Below are positions 1 to 8,373 of a stretch of DNA of 64,000 nt, piece by piece. The stretch lies in the NCBI GenBank assembly GCA_034434635.1, contig DAOTYX010000079.1:16212-80211 (forward strand), read 5' to 3'. The notes beneath the pieces are model-generated. The model did not search any database and was not told the origin of the DNA. It was given only the letters and a program-made list of their open reading frames with translations. Numbering within the stretch: the stretch's first letter is position 1; every line of letters starts with the position of its first letter. The translations under genes and the position numbers were made by a program. The DNA comes from Anaerolineae bacterium (GTDB taxonomy: Bacteria; Chloroflexota; Anaerolineae; B4-G1; DUEL01).

Positions 1-878
1 ATACCAGAGACAACCCAACCAGGGCCAGGCACCACCTTCGCCAGTTCGGAAGCCAGGAAACGCAATCCCACCCCGCCGGCAATGGTCGTGAGCAGTTCGC
101 GGGCGTGACGCACGGAGAGCGACTCGCCATAAATGGCAGCAATGCGCAGCACCATGCGCACCTGTCCGGCCAGCAGCAGCGGGACATCCAAAATCGGCAC
201 CGGTTCGGTGCCGACAAAGCCGTTGAGTACAGCGGCGCTGCGGATGAGCCGCTGCGCCAGTTGACGGCGGTAGGCGGGCAACTCCCGCCCCAACGCCACC
301 ACCATCCACGGGTGCGCCGCCACCACCGCAGGGATCAACCGCTCCGCCACGCCGGCCCCCGTCTTGGCCGAGATGGGGATAGGAGCCACCCCCAACTTGC
401 GCTCGATGTCCTCCAGCACCACCTTCAGGTCGCGGCGGATCAGGTCAATCTTGTTCAGAGCGACCACCAACGGCTTGCCCGTCTCGCGCAGCGACTCCAG
501 GATCTCCACATCCGACTGGCGCAGGCCGGCTCCTGCATCCAACAGGAGAAGGATCACGTCCGCCCGCGCGGCGGCCTGGGCGGCCACCTCCGCCCGGTCC
601 ACCCCGCCGACCTCCCCGAAGCCCGGGGTATCCACCATCACGAATGGCCCCAGCCGCTCCTCGATCGCCCCGCGGGTGGTGCCCGGCACCGCGGTGACGG
701 CAGCGATCTTCTGACCCTTGAGCAGGTTGAACAGGGTGGACTTGCCAGAGTTGACCGGCCCGACGATGGCCAGGTGGGCTGCCGCCTCCCGCTGTACCGC
801 CAGCGACATTTTGTCCCACTCCAACGCCTGCAACAGACCGCGCAGGTCGGTCAGACGTGAGGGAAGGTTGATCGTCAC
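1..878 (-). CDS. GTP-binding protein (HSR1/MMR-type GTPase with DUF697-like C-terminal region). It is partial: the C-terminus runs off the window start.
   Basis: The minus-strand translation contains a P-loop IVGPVNSGKSTLFNLL, DTPGF and NKID motifs. A GTG at 878..876 is preceded by AAGGGGAGA. An alternative ATG (MSLAVQ) lies at about 809. The plus-strand ORF 105..860 is its antisense shadow. Confidence 0.6.
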   Translation of the reverse strand, partial: MTINLPSRLTDLRGLLQALEWDKMSLAVQREAAAHLAIVGPVNSGKSTLFNLLKGQKIAAVTAVPGTTRGAIEERLGPFVMVDTPGFGEVGGVDRAEVAAQAAARADVILLLLDAGAGLRQSDVEILESLRETGKPLVVALNKIDLIRRDLKVVLEDIERKLGVAPIPISAKTGAGVAERLIPAVVAAHPWMVVALGRELPAYRRQLAQRLIRSAAVLNGFVGTEPVPILDVPLLLAGQVRMVLRIAAIYGESLSVRHARELLTTIAGGVGLRFLASELAKVVPGPGWVVSG

Positions 879-933
879 GTGTCTCCCCTTGCTGTACCCG
901 GAATGACGGCGAAGAGTATAGCACGAACTCGGC

Positions 934-1872
934 TTGAGGCAAACTTGCCCCTACCAGCGCTTGGGTTATAATCCCCTTGCCGCAACAACCCACGTCAGGA
1001 GCCACAACGTCACGGTGACCACACACACAAACGGCCCATCACAGACAGGGACCCCCTCAGCAGGACATGCCCCCCATTCTGTCCGCGCCGGGCGCTGGGT
1101 AGCCGCGCTGGCCGGCCTGGTTCTCGGTCTCTACCTGGCCCTGGCCCCCGGAGGGTTGCTTTCCGCGGCGGACATGGTCGGTTACGCGGTCTGCCACCGC
1201 ATTCCCTCCCACTCCTTCCACATCGCCGGGCGGCAACTGCCGCTCTGCGCGCGCTGCAGCGGCACCTTTCTGGGCGCGCTGACCGGTCTGGTCGGTCAGG
1301 CGGTGGTGCTGAAGCGGCGCCGCGAATCCGGTTTTCCTCCTGTCCCCATCATGATCCTGCTGGTGCTGTTCATCATCCTGATGGGCGCGGATGGCCTCAA
1401 CTCCTACCTGACGATGGTGCTGAACCGTCCATTGCTCTACGAGCCACAGCAGTGGTTGCGGCTGGTCACCGGCTCCCTCAACGGCCTGGCTCTCAGCAGC
1501 CTGCTGTGGCCGGTGGTCAATCTCAGCCTGTGGGCAACCCCCTCGCCACAGCCAGCCATCCGCGGCTGGCGCGATTTGGGTGTCCTGCTGGCGCTGGAAG
1601 CCGGGATGACGGGGTTGGTGTTCAGCCGATGGGCACCCCTGCTGTACCCCCTGGCGCTCCTCAGCGCGGCGGGGGTGGTGGCGATGCTGACCCTGGTCCA
1701 CGTCGCGCTGATCCTCATCCTCACCGGCTGGGAGAACCGCTACCACCGCCTGCGAGACGCCGCAGTCCCCCTGATGCTGGGGTTCATCGTAGCCATGATC
1801 GAGATCGGGCTGATTGACCTGTTCCGCTACGCCGTCACCGGCACGGTGGAGGGGATACCGGGGCTATCGTGA
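934..1872 (+). CDS. DUF2085-family membrane protein
   Basis: Multiple TM helices and the motif YAVCHRIPSHSFHIAGRQLPLCARCSG typical of DUF2085. Confidence 0.55.
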   Translation: MRQTCPYQRLGYNPLAATTHVRSHNVTVTTHTNGPSQTGTPSAGHAPHSVRAGRWVAALAGLVLGLYLALAPGGLLSAADMVGYAVCHRIPSHSFHIAGRQLPLCARCSGTFLGALTGLVGQAVVLKRRRESGFPPVPIMILLVLFIILMGADGLNSYLTMVLNRPLLYEPQQWLRLVTGSLNGLALSSLLWPVVNLSLWATPSPQPAIRGWRDLGVLLALEAGMTGLVFSRWAPLLYPLALLSAAGVVAMLTLVHVALILILTGWENRYHRLRDAAVPLMLGFIVAMIEIGLIDLFRYAVTGTVEGIPGLS

Positions 1873-2091
1873 CGGGGGACGCGGAGACGCGTGCACAAGA
1901 GAGAGCCAGCACCTGCTCAATCTGCTGACCGATTCCTGGCTTTTCGGCACTCTAAACCAGGAACAACGCTCAAGGGAAACTACCCAGCCGTCGGAGCGAT
2001 CCCCCTGCGGGTTCGGGAGATGGCTTCGTCGCCCGGAACCTGCCCTTTTGGCGGCAGACCGAACGGTTACGAACGAAAAAGAACGGAAAGG

Positions 2092-2120
2092 TTGACAGGG
2101 TTCGTTATTTGTGGTAAGAT
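2092..2120 (+). promoter_or_regulatory. Sigma70-like promoter TTGACA–17 nt–TAAGAT; its -10 overlaps the first ATG (2119).
   Basis: TTGACA at 2092..2097 and TAAGAT at 2115..2120. The predicted TSS is about 2127, immediately before ATG 2128, implying a leaderless mRNA. Confidence 0.4.
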
Positions 2121-2127
2121 GGATTCA

Positions 2128-2889
2128 ATGGAAACAGAAGAGGGGAGTCAGACCGCGCGGCGGCGGGCAGAGATCGCCCGGCTGATCACGGAGGCCGGGA
2201 TGGTGCAGGTGGCAAGCCTGGTTGCCCGCTTCGGCGTGACCCCGCCCACCATCCGCCGTGACCTGGAATGGCTGGAGGCACAGGGGTTGGCCCGCCGGGT
2301 GCACGGCGGGGCGCTGGCGTTGACCGGCCGCTCCCCCTCCCCCTTCACCCCGGAGGCGATCCCCGCCCGCATCGGGCGGGCAGCGGCGGCCCTGGCGCAG
2401 GACGGCGAGACGCTCTTCATCACCCCTGGACTGCTGGCGCTGGAGACGGCGCGGGCGCTGACCGGTCGCCAGAGGCTCACCATCGTCACCAACAGCCTGG
2501 CCGTCGCCCGCCAGGTGGCCGAGGGGAGCGACCACACCCTCATCCTCACCGGCGGACAACTGGAGCGGCATGATCAGGGGTTGGTCGGCCATCTGGCTCA
2601 CCTGGCCCTGCCCTCGCTGCGTGCCGACCGGCTGTTCCTGGAACTGGACGGGGTCAACGCCGTCGCCGGCCTGACCACCGACAGCCTGCCCCAGGCCGAG
2701 TTGGCCCGCCTGCTGCTCGACCTGAAGGCCGAAGTGGTGGCCCTGGTGCCGCCGGAGCGGGTGGGCCGCGTGGCCGCTGTCCTCATCGCCGCCGCCTCTG
2801 AAGCCGATGTGATCGTCACCGCCCGCGAGGCCGACTCCGCTCCCTTGTGGGATCTGGCGGAACTGGGAGTGCGGGTGGTGCTGGCGTAG
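2128..2889 (+). CDS. DeoR/GlpR-family transcriptional regulator
   Basis: An N-terminal HTH (ARRRAEIARLITEAGMVQVASLVARFGVTPPTIRRDLEWLE) followed by a DeoR C-terminal sugar-binding-like domain. The start was chosen at the second ATG from promoter geometry. The ORF track begins upstream at 1891. Confidence 0.7.
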   Translation: METEEGSQTARRRAEIARLITEAGMVQVASLVARFGVTPPTIRRDLEWLEAQGLARRVHGGALALTGRSPSPFTPEAIPARIGRAAAALAQDGETLFITPGLLALETARALTGRQRLTIVTNSLAVARQVAEGSDHTLILTGGQLERHDQGLVGHLAHLALPSLRADRLFLELDGVNAVAGLTTDSLPQAELARLLLDLKAEVVALVPPERVGRVAAVLIAAASEADVIVTAREADSAPLWDLAELGVRVVLA

Positions 2890-2930
2890 GAGACAGGGAG
2901 AAGAGGAGAAGAAAAGAAAGGAGAGCGAGA

Positions 2931-4031
2931 ATGGCAAGTGTGACATTCGACCATGTGACCAAGCGCTTCGGCGATGTCATCGCTGTCAACGACCTCAGCC
3001 TGGAGATCGCCGACAACGAGTTTCTGGTCTTCGTAGGCCCGTCCGGCTGTGGCAAGACCACGGCCCTGCGCCTGCTGGCCGGCCTGGAAGAGGCCACTAC
3101 AGGCGACATCTACATCGGCGACCGGCGGGTCAACGATGTGCCGCCCAAGGATCGCGACATCGCCATGGTCTTCCAGTCCTATGCTCTCTACCCGCACATG
3201 AGCGTCTACGAGAACATGGCCTTTGGTCTGCGCCTGCGCAAGACCCCCAAGGCGGAGATTGATCGGCGGGTGAAGGAGGCCGCCCAGATTCTGGGCATCG
3301 AGCACCTGCTCGACCGCAAGCCGAAGCAACTATCCGGCGGTCAGCGGCAGCGGGTGGCGGTGGGCCGCGCCATCGTCCGTGAGCCTAAGGTCTTCCTGAT
3401 GGACGAGCCGCTCTCCAACCTGGATGCCAAACTGCGCGTGCAGGCCCGCGCGGAACTCTCCAAACTCCATCAGCGGCTGGGCACGACCTTCATCTACGTG
3501 ACCCACGACCAGGTTGAGGCGATGACGATGGGCACACGCATCGCCGTGATCAACGCCGGCGTGTTGCAGCAGGTGGACACACCGCACAACCTCTACCAGT
3601 CGCCGGCCAACATCTTTGTCGCCGGCTTCATCGGCAGCCCGGCGATGAACTTCTTCGACGCCCGGCTGGTCGAGCAGGACGGCAAGATCGCGGCGGAAAC
3701 TTCCGACTTCGTCGTCAGCATCCCCGAGAGCCGCCAGGAGGTCTATCGGCCGCACCTGGGCCGCGAGGTCGTCCTCGGCATCCGCCCGGAAGACATCCAC
3801 GACCCCGAGTTCGCCCCACCGGCGATCCACGCCGCCCACGTCACGGCCCGGGTCGCCGTGACAGAACTGATGGGCAACGAGGTCGTGGTCTACCTGGATA
3901 CCGCCAGGCATGAGTTCCTCGGCCGCTTCGACCCGCGCACGAAGGCGCGCGTGGGCCAGGAGATGACCGTGGCCTTCAACATGGGCAACATGCACGTCTT
4001 CGACAAGGCGACGGAACAGGCGATTCGGTGA
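2931..4031 (+). CDS. ABC transporter ATP-binding protein, MalK/UgpC-like sugar importer ATPase
   Basis: Walker A GPSGCGKTT, the LSGGQRQRVA signature and a Walker B. The C-terminal regulatory (TOBE-like) domain is present. Confidence 0.8.
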   Translation: MASVTFDHVTKRFGDVIAVNDLSLEIADNEFLVFVGPSGCGKTTALRLLAGLEEATTGDIYIGDRRVNDVPPKDRDIAMVFQSYALYPHMSVYENMAFGLRLRKTPKAEIDRRVKEAAQILGIEHLLDRKPKQLSGGQRQRVAVGRAIVREPKVFLMDEPLSNLDAKLRVQARAELSKLHQRLGTTFIYVTHDQVEAMTMGTRIAVINAGVLQQVDTPHNLYQSPANIFVAGFIGSPAMNFFDARLVEQDGKIAAETSDFVVSIPESRQEVYRPHLGREVVLGIRPEDIHDPEFAPPAIHAAHVTARVAVTELMGNEVVVYLDTARHEFLGRFDPRTKARVGQEMTVAFNMGNMHVFDKATEQAIR

Positions 4032-4125
4032 CGCGGAGCGCGGAGACACGGAGATCGTCGGAGAGCGGATCCTCGAACATCTGAAGTATCAGACCTTCGC
4101 TGCCCTCAGATACCGCAACTATCGG

Positions 4126-5298
4126 TTGTGGTTCTGGGGGCAGATGGTGTCTCTCTTTGGCACCTGGATGCAGTCCACTGCCCAGGGCTATCTGGTTTAC
4201 GAGTTGACCCGCTCGCCTGCCTATCTGGGGTACGTCAGTTTTGCCTCCGGCGTCCCGACCTGGCTGTTCATGCTCTACGCCGGCGTCATCGCCGACCGCA
4301 TCCCCCGGCGCACGCTGCTGCTCATCACCCAAAGCAGCATGATGCTGCTGGCCTTCATCCTGGCCGGGTTGACCTTTGGCGGCGTCGTGCAGCCGTGGCA
4401 CATCGTCATCCTGGCCGCCGGCCTGGGCGTGGCGAACGCCTTCGACGCCCCAGCCCGCCTGGCCTTCGTGCCGGAACTGGTAGAACAGCGGGAAGACCTG
4501 ACCAACGCCATCGCGCTGAACGCGACGATGTTCAACACAGCGACGATGATCGGCCCGGCGGTGGCCGGGATGGCTTACTCCCTCTTCGGGCCAGGATGGT
4601 GCTTCACCATCAACGGCCTCTCCTTCCTCGCCGTTATCGCCGCGCTGCTGCGCATGCGGTTAGCCTCTCCCGCACCCTCCTCCAACCCGCGCCGCGCCAT
4701 CCTCCCAGAATTGCGCGCCGGGTTCCGCTACGTCATCGCCCACCCCACCATCCGCCTGCTGATCGGCCTGATCGCCATCGCCAGCCTTTTCGGCGTCTCC
4801 TTCGTCACGCTGATGCCAGCCTGGGCGGTCAACGTGCTGCGGGGGGATGCCACCACCAACGGACTGCTCCTTTCGGCGCGGGGGACAGGAGCGCTCATCA
4901 GTGCCCTGGGTATCGCCTCACTGGGCCGCTTCCGGTTCAAGGGGCGCCTGCTGACCGTGGGCACGTTCGTCTTCCCCATCGCCCTGCTGGTCTTCGCGCA
5001 GGTGCGCTGGTTGCCGCTCTCTATGGCCATCCTGGTGGTCGTGGGGGCTTCAATGGTGCTGGTCTTGAACCTGGCCAACGCTCTGGTTCAGACCGAGGCA
5101 GCGGACGAACTGCGTGGGCGGGTGATGAGCATCTACAGCCTGCTCTTCTTCGGCCTGATGCCACTGGGCTCGCTGTGGGTCGGTACGTTGGCCGACCACA
5201 CCAGCGAGCCCATCACGTTGACCATCGGGGCGCTGATCACCCTGGGTTGCGCCGCGCTGGTCTGGCTATTCGCTCCGCGGTTGCGCGCGCTGCCCTGA
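4126..5298 (+). CDS. MFS transporter
   Basis: Twelve predicted TM segments. The N-terminus ALRYRNYRLWFWGQ matches the conserved start of the MFS_3/EntS-like families. The ORF track uses a TTG start. No in-frame ATG or GTG lies upstream, so the start is uncertain (4054..4144). Confidence 0.65.
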   Translation: MWFWGQMVSLFGTWMQSTAQGYLVYELTRSPAYLGYVSFASGVPTWLFMLYAGVIADRIPRRTLLLITQSSMMLLAFILAGLTFGGVVQPWHIVILAAGLGVANAFDAPARLAFVPELVEQREDLTNAIALNATMFNTATMIGPAVAGMAYSLFGPGWCFTINGLSFLAVIAALLRMRLASPAPSSNPRRAILPELRAGFRYVIAHPTIRLLIGLIAIASLFGVSFVTLMPAWAVNVLRGDATTNGLLLSARGTGALISALGIASLGRFRFKGRLLTVGTFVFPIALLVFAQVRWLPLSMAILVVVGASMVLVLNLANALVQTEAADELRGRVMSIYSLLFFGLMPLGSLWVGTLADHTSEPITLTIGALITLGCAALVWLFAPRLRALP

Positions 5299-5380
5299 GA
5301 ATCCCCGGTTCGTAACCGCCCAGCCTGTGCCCTCTCGCAGGTCCTGGCGCAAGCGCCAGCACCTGCGGGAGGGTGTACAC

Positions 5381-6676
5381 TCAGGACACCTGCGCCGCCC
5401 GTTCCCGCTCCGCCCGCTCGCGCATCTGCTGGCGCAGCGTGTGGATGTCGGTCGGCAGCAGGTAGGCAGCCACGAAGAAGAAGGCCGCGCACAGCACCCA
5501 GGTGGAGACGCAGATGAGCAGGATGGCGTTGTGCAGCGAGGAGCGCACAGCGATCAGTCCGGCTATCAACGGCGCCAGCGCCGCTCCTGCCGACTCGATG
5601 AAACTCTCGATGGCCAGGGCGGTGCTGCGTACCTCTGGCAGGGTGATGTCGTACACCGTGGAGACGACATTGGGCGCAGCGAAGGGGATGAACAGGGCGG
5701 TCAGGCACAGCAGGCCCATGAACAAGCCGCGATTGTCGAGCGGGACGTTGAGCGTCAGCGTGAGCAGGATCGCCCCCAGGAGCACCGCCGTGGCGGAGAC
5801 CAGCGCCCGGCCGCGCGGCGTGCGCTTGAAGAAGAAGTCCCCTGTCGCCCCGCCGACGAAATAACCCGCCGCCAGCACCAGCACCGCCGGAACCATCGTC
5901 GTGAAGACCGCCTCCGACGGATACCCCCGTTCCGTCTCCAGGTAGCGGAAGAACCAGTAGGTGATGACGTTCCACGGGAAGACGCCGAAGAAGCCCTGCA
6001 CGAAGATCAGCAGCAGGCTGCGCTTGCGGAACAGGTCCCCGGCCAGCCGCCAGTTGAAGCGATAGACGCCGATCCGCTCCAGGTCCTCCAATTCTGGTTC
6101 GCTCTTACCACGAGGGGCCTCGCGCACCCCAAAGAAGATGACCACTGCCAGGAGGATGCCCAGCGAGCCAGTGATGTAGAACACCCCACGCCAGCCGATC
6201 ATGCCGCTAAGCAGCAAGCCCAGGATCATCCCCAGCAGGTAGCCCAGGGGCGCGGTCAACTGGAGGATGCCGTAGATACGGCTGCGCACCTGCGGCGGGA
6301 AGTAGTCGGCGATCAGGCTGTAGAGGCCAGGATAACTGGAGTCGTCAATGCCGGTGGAGGCGCGGGTGGCCAGGAAGGACGGGTAGGTGCGCACGACCGC
6401 GCTGAGCCAGGTGGTGGCTCCCCAGATGAACGAGGCCAGCGCCAGCAGTTTGGAGCGCGCGTACCGGTCATACAGGTACCCCCACAGCGGGTAGAAGATG
6501 ACGCCGACGATCAGCGCGCCGGTGAAGACCGCTCCCATCTGCGCCTCGTTGATGCCGAAGGTCTCCATGATCGGAGTGGTGAGCGGTCCGATGAGCAGTT
6601 TGTCCGCCTGATGCAACAGCATGAAGCAGAAGAATACTACAACGACGAACCAGCGGTGCCGTGATGACGCACTCAT
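5381..6676 (-). CDS. MFS transporter
   Basis: 431 aa with 12 TM segments and MFS motifs (GPLTTPIMETFG, LWGYLYDRYARSK). The long plus-strand ORF 5327..6664 is its antisense shadow. Confidence 0.75.
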   Translation of the reverse strand: MSASSRHRWFVVVVFFCFMLLHQADKLLIGPLTTPIMETFGINEAQMGAVFTGALIVGVIFYPLWGYLYDRYARSKLLALASFIWGATTWLSAVVRTYPSFLATRASTGIDDSSYPGLYSLIADYFPPQVRSRIYGILQLTAPLGYLLGMILGLLLSGMIGWRGVFYITGSLGILLAVVIFFGVREAPRGKSEPELEDLERIGVYRFNWRLAGDLFRKRSLLLIFVQGFFGVFPWNVITYWFFRYLETERGYPSEAVFTTMVPAVLVLAAGYFVGGATGDFFFKRTPRGRALVSATAVLLGAILLTLTLNVPLDNRGLFMGLLCLTALFIPFAAPNVVSTVYDITLPEVRSTALAIESFIESAGAALAPLIAGLIAVRSSLHNAILLICVSTWVLCAAFFFVAAYLLPTDIHTLRQQMRERAERERAAQVS

Positions 6677-6752
6677 CCTTTTCCTCCCTGTCGTGGAATG
6701 GACACGGTGCTCTGACGACTCGCCGTGCCGGGCGTGGTCTCGTCGCCGTGCC

Positions 6753-6776
6753 GGGCGCGGTCTTCCGACCGCGCCC
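6753..6776. terminator. GC-rich hairpin GGGCGCGGTC-ttcc-GACCGCGCCC downstream of the PIG-L gene (repeat family C).
   Basis: A perfect 10-bp stem. The same stem sequence recurs at 8326, 17241 and 49105. It lies 3' of the minus-strand gene ending at 6791. The preceding ~20 nt are tandemly duplicated (cgccgtgccgggcg(t/c)ggtct). Confidence 0.45.
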
Positions 6777-6790
6777 CTACAGATGGGAGA

Positions 6791-7585
6791 TCATGACCCG
6801 GCAAGCAGGGCCTCCACCAGCGGATGAAAACGCTCGTAGCGGAACGGTTCGCCGAACGGCACGCCAATGCGCTGGCCGGCGGCAGCGGCCTGCGCCCGTA
6901 CGGCCAGGCCCACCAGCGCTGCGGGGTCCGCACCCGCCGCCTCCAGCAGCGGGCGCGGGTCCACACCAGCCAGCCGCATCTGCCGCAGCACCCCCTCGAC
7001 CAGAAAAGCCATCTGGCTCTCGTGCGCGGCCAGCGCTGCCAGTTTCGTCTCCAGCGTGGCCGTGATGTCCACCACCTTGTTGACGCCCGCATCGCTTTCA
7101 GCGTAGAAGTACTTCTCGGCAACCTGATGAGGCTCCAACCCCTCATCACGATGCTCCGGGTGCACCAGCGGCAGGCCTGCTGCGTTCACCGCCTCTGTCG
7201 CCGCCCAGGCCACGGCGCGATGGTCGGGATGCCAGTCGCCGGGCGCGAAGGGGTCCTCGGCAATGAGCGCGTCGGGGCGGTACTGGCGGATGGCGCGGAT
7301 GAACTCCTGGCGCAACGCTCCAGGCGGCAACTGCTCCAGTCCCATATCAGGGTGACCGAGCATCACCGGCGGCTCAGCGCCCAGGATACTCGCCGCGCGC
7401 ATCGCCTCCCGCCGGCGTACCTGCACCAACGCCTCGGCGGTGTGCTCAAAAGAGCCCTTACTGCCGTCCGTGGCGACGACGATCACCACCCGCCGCCCTT
7501 CTTTGACCATCCGGGCGATGGTCCCGCCAGCGAAGAACTCAGCATCGTCGGGATGAGGTACTAAAACAAGGGTCGTCTGCGACAT
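6791..7585 (-). CDS. PIG-L family deacetylase (LmbE-like)
   Basis: The N-terminus VLVPHPDDAEFFAGGT and the HPDH motif are typical of PIG-L/LmbE N-acetylglucosaminyl deacetylases. Confidence 0.75.
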   Translation of the reverse strand: MSQTTLVLVPHPDDAEFFAGGTIARMVKEGRRVVIVVATDGSKGSFEHTAEALVQVRRREAMRAASILGAEPPVMLGHPDMGLEQLPPGALRQEFIRAIRQYRPDALIAEDPFAPGDWHPDHRAVAWAATEAVNAAGLPLVHPEHRDEGLEPHQVAEKYFYAESDAGVNKVVDITATLETKLAALAAHESQMAFLVEGVLRQMRLAGVDPRPLLEAAGADPAALVGLAVRAQAAAAGQRIGVPFGEPFRYERFHPLVEALLAGS

Positions 7586-7601
7586 TCCACCTCCTCGTTG
7601 T

Positions 7602-8228
7602 CTAAAGACTCACCCATGGATTGAAGCGCTTTTCGTGGCCCACTGTGGTCTGAGGGCCATGGCCAGGATAGAGCACCGTTTCATCCGGCAGTTCGAAGAG
7701 GACCTGACGGATAGAATGAAGCAGGGTGGCCCAGTCCCCGCCAGGCAGGTCCGTGCGGCCGACCCCCTCGGCGAAGAGGGCATCGCCATCGAAAGCCATC
7801 CCCTCCTGTTCCAGGTAGAAGGTCACCCCGCCGGGGGAGTGTCCTGGGGTATGCAGCACCTGGAGGCGCAGCGTGCCCACCTCCAGCACCTGGCCGGCGA
7901 CGAGTTCCACGTCGGGCAGGGGGCTGGGCTTCACTGTCACGCCGAACCACGCGGCCCCGCCGCGCGCCTGAAGGATGGGGAGTTCGGCAGGATGAAGCGC
8001 CAGTTGCGCGCCGGTGGCGGCGAGGATGTCGGCATTGGCTGCCATATGGTCGAAATGACAGTGGGTATTGAGCACGTAACGAGCGGTCAGGCCGTGCTCC
8101 TTCAGGGCGGCCAGGATCCGTTCAGGGTGGCCGCCGGGGTCAATCACCGCCGCCTCACGGGTCTGCTCGCAGGCGAGAAGGTAGCAATTGGTCTGGGTGA
8201 TGCCGACGACAAGCGTGTGCAGGATCAT
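7602..8228 (-). CDS. MBL-fold metallo-hydrolase (glyoxalase II-like)
   Basis: HTHCHFDH metal-binding motif and the downstream HTPGHSPGG. Confidence 0.75.
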   Translation of the reverse strand: MILHTLVVGITQTNCYLLACEQTREAAVIDPGGHPERILAALKEHGLTARYVLNTHCHFDHMAANADILAATGAQLALHPAELPILQARGGAAWFGVTVKPSPLPDVELVAGQVLEVGTLRLQVLHTPGHSPGGVTFYLEQEGMAFDGDALFAEGVGRTDLPGGDWATLLHSIRQVLFELPDETVLYPGHGPQTTVGHEKRFNPWVSL

Positions 8229-8325
8229 GCGCGTCTCCTGTGTATGCTGTCAGGGCAGCGGCTGGCGGGCCAGGGGACGGCCAGACTATACCATCATCGG
8301 CGTGGTTGCGCAAGTGGAAAAGATT

Positions 8326-8348
8326 GGGCGCGGTCTCCGACCGCGCCC
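8326..8348. terminator. Family C hairpin GGGCGCGGTC-tccg-ACCGCGCCC downstream of the beta-helix gene
   Basis: The same stem as at 6753 and 49105. It lies 3' of the minus-strand gene ending at 8374. Confidence 0.4.
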
Positions 8349-8373
8349 AACGGCGACTCGACGAGACGGAGCG

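Noticed and set aside
5327-6664. 445-aa plus-strand ORF and the 280-aa minus-strand ORF 5133..5975
   Set aside because: Antisense or out of frame relative to the well-supported MFS transporter gene 5381..6676. Low-complexity Arg/Gly/Gln composition.
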